Position numbers and translations under genes: made by a program. A DNA stretch of 62,788 nt, the filler included, from Stramenopiles sp. TOSAG23-2 (lineage: Eukaryota): assembly GCA_900128395.1 (NCBI GenBank). It is 9 parts of 9 records of this genome, joined end to end, with 100 filler letters (N's around TTAATTAATTAA, not from the genome) between each part and the next. Parts side by side here need not be neighbours in the genome. Positions count along the whole stretch, not along the records: positions 38,346 to 45,888 come from LT650303.1; positions 45,989 to 53,527 come from LT650304.1; positions 53,628 to 61,160 come from LT650305.1; 6 more parts are not named here. One strand, written 5' to 3'. Below, piece by piece: positions 45,254 to 56,140 of this stretch. How positions within the stretch are numbered: the stretch's first letter is position 1; each line of letters starts with the position of its first letter. The notes beneath the pieces were generated by a model, which worked only from the letters and a program-made list of their open reading frames with translations, was not told the origin of the DNA and ran no database searches.

Positions 45254-45529
45254 ACAAATCCATATTTCCTGATCAACTCCATATTTCAATGGTATTTCTA
45301 TGGAGGATCTGGTGTTGCTGAAAAAGAAGAAGAAGAAGAGGAAGAGGAAGATGATGATGCCGATATTTTTCAAAATCTAGTGAAAGAAGCAGCAGTTGCT
45401 GAGAAAAAACGAAGATGGACAAAGCATTTTTCACCGGAGCATCAACAATTTTATCTACATAATCCAGTGACAAAAGAAACAAAATGGGATGAAAATAATA
45501 CAAGTACAAGTGAGGAAGACAAACCTTGA
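45254..45529 (+). pseudogene. WW-domain-encoding fragment (terminal exon or pseudogene)
   Basis: Frame reads ...EKEEEEEEEEDDDAD...RRWTKHFSPEHQQFYLHNPVTKETKWDE...*; no ATG in the frame. Confidence 0.55.
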
Positions 45530-45988
45530 TGGCTATGATACTTGAGAAAGAGGCTGACAATTACATACGTGGGCATTTAAAATGTAAGAGACGAACATTT
45601 TTATGGACAATAATCCACCACGTACGAACTTACTTAAAAAAAAATAAAGAGCTGAAGAGCGCTAGATCAAAAAAAAATACGGGTTCGTATATTATTAATA
45701 ATATTAAATTTTCTCTTAACTTAAATTAATTTTATTTTTAAAATAATATACGAAGTATGATGATAATTATTCTACACATGCATATAAATAATATTCATAA
45801 TATCAAAACAAGTATCATAATTTATAATTTATAAAAAAGTATTTTTATATTAATACACACGACACACGCGGAGCAACAGGAGAGTGTTNNNNNNNNNNNN
45901 NNNNNNNNNNNNNNNNNNNNNNNNNNNNNNNNTTAATTAATTAANNNNNNNNNNNNNNNNNNNNNNNNNNNNNNNNNNNNNNNNNNNN

Positions 45989-47289
45989 CTAACATCCCCA
46001 CCAACTAATTTTAAATAACGTAATATTAATTTTGCATTTGCATTATTTAAATAAAAATGACGTTGGTTTGTTGCTGCAGTGATTGTCACTAAATGATTCA
46101 TATCCGTATTTGTACCAACAATTTCTAATATATTTGTAACAAAAACATGAGCATCGCCTGATATCGTACAATTAGTTGAACGATTGAAATTACCAGTATT
46201 TGTTGTTGCGGAGCAACCCCAACCCAATTGGCATTGGAATGTAGATTGCGGCACAGATGTTGCAACCGATACGGATTCAATTGGGCTAGATCCAGTTGCA
46301 CATCCATAATCACATAATACGCCTAATTTATTATTGGCGTTGTTTACTGCACTGCATGTGCCAGTAAATGGTTCTTCCGTGCATAAATTATTTGAACATG
46401 TTTTCCATATTGCTTCATTCCACAAGTTAATATTATTTGTATTATTGAAATAGGTATTTATTAATGATATGGTTGGTGACCAAGATGTATATATTTCATC
46501 ACCATTACTAGATGCATCATTATTGATAAATGATGATTGACGGAGGATGACTGTAGTGCTATCACCTGATATATAGAGGCCGCCTCCATGACTAGCATCA
46601 TTATTTGATATGATTGTATTCTTCATTGTTACAGCACTGTATCGTATAGACATACCACCACCCCATCTTACGTAAGAACTAATACCACTAGAGCTAGCTT
46701 GATTATAATCTATGGTAGTATTTGCTATAGTACCAACAGCTCTATACATAGAAATACCACCACCATCACCATAAGAAGCTTCATTATTTTGAATAATACT
46801 ATTATATATATTCATAATCGCATTCTTATTCGTACTACTATCACCTTGTGCATATATTCCACCACCATTCTCAGCTTTATTATTAAATACAATAGATGAA
46901 TATAAATTTAATTCACCACCGTTTTCATAAATTATTATTGATCCACCATGATAATCAGGCCAATTATAACTACTAACATCCCCACCAACTAATTTTAAAT
47001 AACGTAATATTAATTTTGCATTTGCATGATCTAAATAAAAATGACGTTTCGTATTCGCAGCAGTGATTGTCACTAAATGATTCATATCCGTATTTGTACC
47101 AACGATTTCTAATGTATTTGATACGGCAACATGATTATTACCTGCTATGGTACAATCAGTTGAACGCGTAAATGTTCCTGTGTTGGAAGTGGACGCACAA
47201 TTCCATTCAACACCATTCATAAAACAACACCCAAACGCAAAAAATTGCAACAATATAAAAAGTATCTTCTTATGACTATGGTTTTCCAT
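45989..47289 (-). CDS. Secreted Pmp-like (GGxI/FxxN) right-handed beta-helix repeat protein, 3'-truncated
   Basis: Signal peptide after MENHS. Repeats FNNKAENGGGIY, NEASYGDGGGI, NNDASHGGGLY. The N-terminal module is duplicated nearly identically (46972-47115 vs 45989-46130). Confidence 0.8.
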
Positions 47290-47629
47290 CGTTGGTAGCT
47301 CAAAATATTTCGTATGCTCTGATTTTTGCTTGAACACTAAACTATTGATTAACTATTTTTTTCAATATTGATACCAACGAAAAATAAACACAACACCAAA
47401 CAGTTTCAACGAGTTGCTCAACAAATAATAGATCAACGGATCTACTGTACTTGTTTTTTTACACAACGAAAAGGAAATAAATATGATCCCCTATGCTAGT
47501 AGTGTAGCAATTACTGATGCAAATAACTACAAACACTTTCGTAAAGCACAGTGTACGAAAAAAAAATATACCCCTGACAACTATGCGCAAACAAAATAAC
47601 CAAAGTCGCTAAAACAACCGTAGATCGTT

Positions 47630-48137
47630 TACTAAATATATCCGTCCAACGATCCCAAACAACTATTGCTTTACCAAACCACGTACAATAGTTATGCACG
47701 TTCCCGAAAGAATAGAAGTGTGTTCGTCCACTTGAAAGGCAAATATATTTCAAAAAAAACAACAATATGCAACCTCGCAATGAAATAGGCAAATTGTCCA
47801 ACTATAGTAAAACCTCTGTAACACAAAAATTCTACTAAAAAAAGAATATATCTGTGCAACGATCGAAAGATCCCAAACAACGTTTGTTTTTATTTAACCG
47901 TGTAAAAAAATAGAAACACGTTCGTCCTAAACGATAGACGGTTGCCAATACAATGCCGTGCTGCAAAGAAAAGTATATCTTCAAAGAAAGTTGCAATCCC
48001 TTGAAGAAAAATAACAAAGTCAACAACAACGAAGTAATACTACAGTAGATCAACACTTATACAAGAAGTCTACTAAAAATATATTTGCCCCACGATCGAA
48101 AGATCCCAAACAACGTTTGTTTATTTATTCAACCGTG
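47630..48137 (+). repeat. Diverged direct repeats (2 clear copies plus 1 partial)
   Basis: cgatcgaaagatcccaaacaacgtttgttt at ~47860 and ~48093; partial cgatcccaaacaac at ~47650. Confidence 0.7.
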
Positions 48138-49806
48138 CAAATAATTAGTGATGACCCAATAAAAACTAGATGCGCGTCTATAAAATCTTGCTCTTGTATG
48201 AAACGATATATATGTTTACGTATGTTTTGTATTATTATATACGTTGCAATACATTTTTCGTTGACGGTTGTTGGTGCGCCGTTCATTTTAATGTGTATTT
48301 TCAGTGTTTATTCATTTTTATTATATTATTATTATTTATTATTATTATTATTGTTATTATGCTAGAATTATTAAAATTATTATTATTAATATTATTATTA
48401 CTATTATATCAGTATTATTATTAATTCTAGATTAATTTAATTAATGATAATAGAAAACTCTTGTGGCACAGTGTGCAAAAATGCCATCGCAGCGAATATA
48501 CCGCTCCCATTCTTCTCCCTTTCGAGCAAATATACATAGACACACCATTGTTCATTTCACGACATAGCCAAACCTTCTAAAACCTCCATTATTCCATCAT
48601 GCAAAAGATAATTTAGTTCACGTATCCCTTTACCTCCAATAGCATTCTCAACATCCACAGAAAATCCTTTTTCGCTAATTTGTAATGGAATATGCGACGA
48701 GTTTTTCGAAAATCGGCTTTTTTGAAAGGGTCTTTTATAACCCCTGCTATGTCGATGTAGAATCGGTAAATCGCTCGATATCGAGTATTCTGGCATATCA
48801 CCAATGGTCTGTCTATTGTATTGGTAATATCCCATTTCTCTCGATGTTGAGGAATCGTACATAGACACATCATGGACCTTTTTCGGCGATACCGCAAAAC
48901 CCAAAAAAACACCAAATGGAGACCTTTGAGAAATAATTATGTTTGAAGACTCGATAACCTGACACACCATTCTCAATATTGAGAGTATATCCAAAAAGTG
49001 GCTTGATTTCAAAAATAGCCGAAGCAAAAACACTTTTTCGGAAAAAAAAGTTTTTTCGATACTAAGAGAGATGGAGTCCTTTATATTTACCTTCTAATAA
49101 ATGTCCCAATGGAATGTCTCTCGATGTTTGGATATTTCAGGTCAACGTTGTGGGATATGTAATGTTATTTGGTGTTGATGGCTCGTTTTTAAGGATAGTA
49201 CCGGAAATGTTAGGGTTTTGTAGTGATAGGAGCTCTAGAATACATACTAGTACAAAAATCTTTGGGAAATTACTAGGTACATAGTATGGGAGAGATACGA
49301 TAGCACTAGGATAGAACCTTGCAAAAAATCTTTGGGAGGGCTAGCATTACATAGCAATAGCAAAAATATGCCACGAGTCCCGAAATGCCAGTTTTATCCC
49401 AGCCTAAAAATCGGACGAGTTGCTAATCAATCATCATCATTTCCTCTTCTTGTGCAGCATCTTCCTAAAAAAAAAAAATAATAATGAAAAAGAATGAATA
49501 AGTGCAATAGATATAGAGAGACACATAGATAGACACAATCAATGTTCTTTTCAAGTTATAATATTTAAACAAAGGAAAACATTTTGTGTGTGTATAGACG
49601 ACTATTAATATATAGATAACACAACAATCGTTTCCAGTGCATCATTTGTTGTGCATACAGTATTTCATTTTTTTTATTATTATTATTTTTTCCTTTTCCA
49701 ATTAATTAAATTTTAATAATAATAATAATAAAACGACAGTTGTTATATTTATCATCAAAGTATATATAGGATATAAAATAATATAACAACCATAATAATA
49801 ATCATA

Positions 49807-51363
49807 ATGAAACTAGATAACATACAAATATTCATAACATATATATTCCTTCTCGCTATTATAGTGGAATCGAAACAAACGAAAATCAAACCACAAATAC
49901 GTACACCATTGCGTATACGTAATTATCATCATAAAATAATTAAAGAAGCAAATGAAATATATCAAAAATATGGATATTCTCACGTGAAAAAACACAACAA
50001 TAATAATAATAATAATAAAATTCTTCCTGAACATGACGGCGATGGTAATAGTAATAATAACTACGATAAAGTGAAAAAGTATTTATCTGAACATCATATT
50101 TCACCTCATATAAATAAGCATGATGTTTGGAAACCACCATTACCACCAGTTAAAGAACGTTCTGGAGTATGGGCATCAATTGCACCAGAAGATAAAACAC
50201 ATTATCATATTATGCAAGAACATCATCATATATCACATCGTCGTAAAAAAAGGCATGATAGGTTAGATCATCAAATAGCAAGGCAATTGAAAGCGCATTG
50301 CAAAACAGGGCCAACGATAACATATCGTACATACCATAGAGATATTAGTGAAAATTTTAGATATTTAATAGGTGCCATTATCTATACATTAAATATGAAT
50401 TCATCATTAGTTTTACGTCCACCAATTTTAGATTATCCTGGTGTACAAATGAAAAATAAGACAAATGAAATATTAGAATTTGGATGTTTTCCACCACAAG
50501 TTAAACATAAAGGTGGTGCACATCGTTTATTTTTATTAGCAGCTACGATGCAAGGTTGCATGGAACCAATATTAGCATGTTCCAATCCAGCATGGATACC
50601 ATCATTATATACATCGATTAAATCACACCATTTCAATACACGTAATACAGTCATTGATTGGAATGTATGGGAAGAAAAAAGTAGCCCGTTTGGTATTTAT
50701 AGTGAAATTATGGAAATGTCAGTTAATGATTATTTAGATATACCATCCATATATTATAAAGGATCACGTTGGGTATTAGTTCGTAATATTGCAAAACGTA
50801 TATGGCGTTTGTCTCCGCATATGAAAGGATTAGCAAGGCAAGAAAAAGAATCATTAAAGAGAACAAATGATATACGTATTGGTGTCCATTTAACACCATT
50901 ACGTTCCTCACCATCTAAATTAGCTGGAAGTGGTAGTCCACCAGGATTTTTTTCATCTGGAGCTGCAACGAAAAGTAATAATAATAAAGAATCACCATTT
51001 GCAATTTATTTAATGGCAATGGAACGTGTATATAAGAAAATACAAGATTTAAATAAAAAGGACAAAAATGTGGGAAAACATGCATTTATTTATGCTACAA
51101 ATAAAGACGAGATAGAAACATTTAAAAAACAAGCAAAAGAAAAAGGTTGGGAAATCGTAACAGTTAGTGATCGTTGCCGTAATGATGATGATATCTTATA
51201 TATCAAAACTACATGTGAAGTAATTGCAATTGATATTATGAGTGAAATGGATTATTTTATTGGTGCTGCAAGTAGTGGTTTGTCATGGACAGTACAAGCA
51301 GTGCGTAAGCAATCATTGTCAACTGGAATTAGTGTAGATGATCCATGGAGTCAACGTATTTGA
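49807..51363 (+). CDS. Secretory-pathway protein with fucosyltransferase (GT23/NodZ/FUT8)-like C-terminus
   Basis: N-terminal signal/anchor; IGVHL, FIYATN, IDIMSEMDYFIGAASSGLSW..QAVR resembles the D...L...D.FVGT.SS motif. Confidence 0.55.
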   Translation: MKLDNIQIFITYIFLLAIIVESKQTKIKPQIRTPLRIRNYHHKIIKEANEIYQKYGYSHVKKHNNNNNNNKILPEHDGDGNSNNNYDKVKKYLSEHHISPHINKHDVWKPPLPPVKERSGVWASIAPEDKTHYHIMQEHHHISHRRKKRHDRLDHQIARQLKAHCKTGPTITYRTYHRDISENFRYLIGAIIYTLNMNSSLVLRPPILDYPGVQMKNKTNEILEFGCFPPQVKHKGGAHRLFLLAATMQGCMEPILACSNPAWIPSLYTSIKSHHFNTRNTVIDWNVWEEKSSPFGIYSEIMEMSVNDYLDIPSIYYKGSRWVLVRNIAKRIWRLSPHMKGLARQEKESLKRTNDIRIGVHLTPLRSSPSKLAGSGSPPGFFSSGAATKSNNNKESPFAIYLMAMERVYKKIQDLNKKDKNVGKHAFIYATNKDEIETFKKQAKEKGWEIVTVSDRCRNDDDILYIKTTCEVIAIDIMSEMDYFIGAASSGLSWTVQAVRKQSLSTGISVDDPWSQRI

Positions 51364-51822
51364 GGTATAAAGAACGAGAGATAGGCGGCTGAAATTCATT
51401 TGATTAATCTTTTTTCTAAACATCAAAAACTATTACCCCACGTATTGTTCATTATCTTGTTGTATTACACATATATATCTTGGCCCTCGGAAAAAAAATA
51501 ACAAATTTTTATAAAATTAAATTTAGTAGTTGTTAGTATAGTATATTAGATTGTTTTTAGGTTTAGCATAGGAATAGCATTAACTTTGGCCCCATCGTAA
51601 ATATATTCTAGCAGGGTAGTACGCCTAAAACCAATAGCAGAGACACAGGGGGTGTTATTTGGAAATGTTTACAAAAGATTTTCACATTATATATATATAC
51701 TCTGTAGAGATTGTAGATATATCAACCCCCCCCCAATGTTGTCATCACACATACATATTGTTGTTACCAACACCCCACCCACCCCACCCCCCTATCGCTA
51801 ATTTATTTACATCATTACCACA

Positions 51823-53388
51823 ATGTCTTGTTGTAAAAATATAAATTTAGATGAAGCATTTGCATACGAAACTACAGCACAAATTAAGATAAAAGATAAA
51901 CGTCTTGGAATTACAAGAATGGCGTTATTGTTCTTTGCATTTATTTATGTTATTGTTTATAACATCATCATAAGTAAAGGTTGGGCAAAAGAACTGCCCG
52001 TTCGTGGTGTATCAAAAATTGTAGGTAAGAACCCAACAATAAGTGGCATAGATGGTGAAAAAAATTGTTATTGTTATGGCGGATCACATAGTACTTTATG
52101 CGGGAACCATACTTGTCATGATTCATATAGCGATTTCACGGACTTGCCATATTGTACAGATTCAACATCACCATATATAATTGATAAATTGGAAATGAAA
52201 CAGAAACGGTGTATTCGAATTGACTCAATGGATGTAATATTTGATAATGGCTATTCAACATTTCTGTCAACAGAGATCCGCTATATGTATCAAAGCTATA
52301 ACAATGCAGTTATTGATAATCCAACGGAAGCAATTGTTAAAAAATTAGGTAAAATGTGGAAAGAAACTACACATCCATTTATACCAAATTTTTTTAACAT
52401 AAACTTTTATGTTTCTGATATAGAAAAATATACCATTTTACTTGAACATGCTATCGTTCGCCCTGATGATAATAAACATGCTAAAACGTCATCTTTGCAA
52501 ATTGATACAGGTGTTTTAAAATCAAAAAACAACGCATATTGTAGGAAACTATATGGAAACGAACAAGGGGAAAATGTTAAGAACATTTATAAATTCCCTG
52601 AAACAACAGATAAAGGCACTTTTTATTGCGATATCCATCCAAAAAAAACATATGATTGCAAATCATGCAAAACGAAAACATGTGAGGTAGATGAATGTGG
52701 ATATGATTTATACGAGGTGGAAGAGTTACTATTAGCAGGTATAGTTGAACCAGATGGTATGGCACCGGTGATAAACCCGTTAGATAAGGGAATTCTTAAA
52801 AATTCCAAGTATCCATTACGAGGCAATGGTTTCATCATGGAAGTGTTTATTACATATACTGATGAAGTCCACTATAATTCCATATCGACAGGACGTTTGA
52901 CTTACTCTTATTCTGTTGATTTACTTACAGGTCCACCAAATGCCCAGAGCGGGACACAGCAGACATGGCAAGGGACAAGATACGTCATGGAAAAACATGG
53001 TATAAGTATAAAAACTATTGTTGATGGATCATTGCATGTCTTTGACCCCCAAACTTTACTTGTACAAATGACTTCTGTACTAGGTTTAACATCTATTATA
53101 GCATTGACAATTGAAATGATTATGTTAAAATATTTGAATGTAAGTGGATATTATAAATCGATGAAATTTTCAGAATCTATTGATTACAATCGTTTAAAAA
53201 CTATTTCTGCCCTTAAAGATAAAAATTTGCAAAATTTATCACAGAAAGAAATTGAGACACTAGTAGATCAAGATAAAAGGAGTACTGTATGGGAAGATCA
53301 AACTCAAATTGAAATGATGCATCATGATTTAAGTGAAAAGGAAAAAATAAAAAATAAAAATAGTTGGAAGAATTTAAGTGGTAAATGA
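51823..53388 (+). CDS. P2X receptor-like two-TM ion channel
   Basis: N-terminal F.YET...IKDKRLG, TM1, Cys-rich ectodomain, IEKYTILLEH, KHGISI, TM2 (SVLGL...IE), C-terminal YxxxK (YKSMK). Confidence 0.82.
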   Translation: MSCCKNINLDEAFAYETTAQIKIKDKRLGITRMALLFFAFIYVIVYNIIISKGWAKELPVRGVSKIVGKNPTISGIDGEKNCYCYGGSHSTLCGNHTCHDSYSDFTDLPYCTDSTSPYIIDKLEMKQKRCIRIDSMDVIFDNGYSTFLSTEIRYMYQSYNNAVIDNPTEAIVKKLGKMWKETTHPFIPNFFNINFYVSDIEKYTILLEHAIVRPDDNKHAKTSSLQIDTGVLKSKNNAYCRKLYGNEQGENVKNIYKFPETTDKGTFYCDIHPKKTYDCKSCKTKTCEVDECGYDLYEVEELLLAGIVEPDGMAPVINPLDKGILKNSKYPLRGNGFIMEVFITYTDEVHYNSISTGRLTYSYSVDLLTGPPNAQSGTQQTWQGTRYVMEKHGISIKTIVDGSLHVFDPQTLLVQMTSVLGLTSIIALTIEMIMLKYLNVSGYYKSMKFSESIDYNRLKTISALKDKNLQNLSQKEIETLVDQDKRSTVWEDQTQIEMMHHDLSEKEKIKNKNSWKNLSGK

Positions 53389-54186
53389 AAGCTAAAGGTG
53401 ATAAAAATACGATCTCGTATGGCTCAAATCGACAAAAAACATCCCAGGTGCTGTGTAGGCGTAACTAAAATAAGCTAATTTTATGTAATGATATATACAT
53501 GCTAAATTTAAGCGCATGGGCTCTTCCNNNNNNNNNNNNNNNNNNNNNNNNNNNNNNNNNNNNNNNNNNNNTTAATTAATTAANNNNNNNNNNNNNNNNN
53601 NNNNNNNNNNNNNNNNNNNNNNNNNNNATATAGATTGTTATACTCGGTAGAATATTAATATTGGTTCCATTTCCTACGTTCACAACCTATTGCCTGCTAT
53701 ACCGCATCTACTGAATTTCCATGCCTTTACATTTTAAATCATGGAATGCTATATACATGCTAAAAATAAATTCGGCCACCTTTTTGAGAAAAAAAATGGC
53801 CACCTTTTTGATCTTTACCTACCCTTTGATCCTTTGATGTGTACACGTGTGTGGGACACAGTCCCCTTATAATAAAATAGATATATAACATAAAATAACA
53901 CTATAAAAACTTGTACATATATAATATATTCTAAGATAAACATTATTCCTTATTTTTTATATAATTTATTTCCTTTAATTTATTTCCTTTGAAACCCCTA
54001 CACATCAGGGCAGGGAATTCAACTTCTATGGCATTCATCTCAATATAAGAACATATATATAAAATATATATATGTATGTATAAACTGTGAATATACATGT
54101 ATACATCGATATAGTATAATAATTTAAATGGGCATCACCTTGAAGCGATTGTAGAGAGAGAGAGAGAGGATAATTAATATTTTGGA

Positions 54187-55746
54187 ATGGAGAGAGGAAA
54201 TAATCTAAATCTTCCATCCTTTACAACACGACGATTAATAGGATGGCTATCTGTAGCATTATTTTTTTTAGTAGATTTATTTGCAAGATTGTCAGTTGAT
54301 GTTATTGAAGAAAATTTAATGGAAGATTTTCAAATTGATGCTACTATCGCTTCATCCGTTTTTGGCTCTTCAGTTTTTTTCTCGTATGCTGTGATGCAAA
54401 TACCACACGGATGGCTTTTAGATAATCTTGGTGCAAAGAAAACAATTTCAATATCTTGTTTTGTTACTTTCGTAGGTTGTATTTTATTTTCATTTTCACA
54501 TCATATTTGGCTTGCATTGATTGGAAGAATTTTAACTGGTGCAGGTGCTGGTAGTGCTTGGCTTGGTATTGTAAAGGTAACAACATTAAATTTCAAGCAT
54601 GTAAATGGATTACCTGAAACTTTTATTGGTATAGCAAATGCTATTGGTTTAGTTGGTGGTTTACTAGCGCAAACACCTTTTAAATTAGTTTGCAATATTT
54701 ACGGGTGGAGAAAATCATATTATATTTTTTCAATTATACCTTTACTGTTAACATTTTTGATCTATTGTTTTGTAGATGACATTTCGTATGAGGAAGAACA
54801 AAAAAAAAATAAATTAATATTATTATTAGATGAATCGAATGATATTGATTCTGGTCTTAAGAAATTACGAACAACGCAAGAAAATATAGATCGCCATATT
54901 AATAATAACTACTACATATTATCAAATGATGAATCGACGACTCCTAGTAATACTATTACTACTACTAATAATAATAATTATGGCGATAATAATAATAATG
55001 ATGATGATAATCATAATAATAACAATAATATTAAACTTTCATTTTGTAAATTATTATGTGAAAGAAATATATATATATTTGGAATTTATTTAGCTGGATG
55101 CGATGCACCATTTGAAACGATAGCTGGACTATGGGGTGCAACGTATATGAATAATATACAAGGGTTTTCAAGTTTTCAAAGTGGTATTGCAATTTCATTT
55201 TTAGTGATCATTTCCGGAGGCACCGGTTTAGCATATGGTAAATTATTAAAAGGTGATACGAAAATGAAGGAAAAAATTCAATTATGCATTTTTGCTGCTG
55301 TTGCATCATTTATTGGATGTTTAATTTTAAATTCGTGTATAAAATTACCTGTATACGTTGTATATATTGCATTATTTTTAATTGGGCAAGCATGTGGAGG
55401 AATGACTGGATTATGGTGTATTGTTCCACAAAGCAAGTTAACTCTTCATGGTAATCTTGGACTAGTTAGTGGAATTGTCAATACAATATGTATTACATTC
55501 GATTCACTTGCTCAACTTATCTTTGGTGTGTTATTAGATTATTATTGGAGTGGAAAATATATAAAAGATAATGGTTCTGTTACAAAACATTCCAAGCATA
55601 GCCATAGTAGTAGTAGTAGTAGTAGTACTGATGATAAAACAAGGTATTATGACCAACATTCATTTATTCCTGCAATGTCATTTTTAAGTTTTTTCTTTTT
55701 ATTAGGTGGTATTTGTTTTTATTTTTATAAAAAAGAGAAGAGGTAG
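54187..55746 (+). CDS. Major facilitator superfamily transporter
   Basis: About 12 TM; YAVMQIP.G.LLDNLGAKK (motif A), GRILTGAG, YGWR; Asn-rich central loop. Confidence 0.9.
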   Translation: MERGNNLNLPSFTTRRLIGWLSVALFFLVDLFARLSVDVIEENLMEDFQIDATIASSVFGSSVFFSYAVMQIPHGWLLDNLGAKKTISISCFVTFVGCILFSFSHHIWLALIGRILTGAGAGSAWLGIVKVTTLNFKHVNGLPETFIGIANAIGLVGGLLAQTPFKLVCNIYGWRKSYYIFSIIPLLLTFLIYCFVDDISYEEEQKKNKLILLLDESNDIDSGLKKLRTTQENIDRHINNNYYILSNDESTTPSNTITTTNNNNYGDNNNNDDDNHNNNNNIKLSFCKLLCERNIYIFGIYLAGCDAPFETIAGLWGATYMNNIQGFSSFQSGIAISFLVIISGGTGLAYGKLLKGDTKMKEKIQLCIFAAVASFIGCLILNSCIKLPVYVVYIALFLIGQACGGMTGLWCIVPQSKLTLHGNLGLVSGIVNTICITFDSLAQLIFGVLLDYYWSGKYIKDNGSVTKHSKHSHSSSSSSSTDDKTRYYDQHSFIPAMSFLSFFFLLGGICFYFYKKEKR

Positions 55747-56140
55747 AGAGGAAATAAGAGAGGTGTTCTTGTTGTTGTTTGTAAACCGTGGAACAAGCAC
55801 GAAGTTTTTACGTCGTATGATATGTTTCTCGTAAAAAATATATAATTTTTTTATATTTTGTGTTATATGGGGAGTTATTGGCACACATATTCATTTATTT
55901 TGTGAGATACGACATTCGTAGATAATGAATTAGAGTGTAAGAAATACGAAAAAAAACAGCTTCGTAAAAAAATTAAAATTTTACACTCTCGTATGATATT
56001 CAAATGAAAGTAACGTAATCAATAATACACACATACACACATATCCCAAACTAAAACCCCTCTCCGTGTCGAACTATCTCCCTCAAAAAAAATACGGTTT
56101 TGTGTACTTTTTTGAATTCTGTGTGAGAGAAATGTTTAAT

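Noticed and set aside
48557-49033. 158-aa ORF as a gene
   Set aside because: Non-ATG start, no recognisable motif, and it lies in a repeat-like block.
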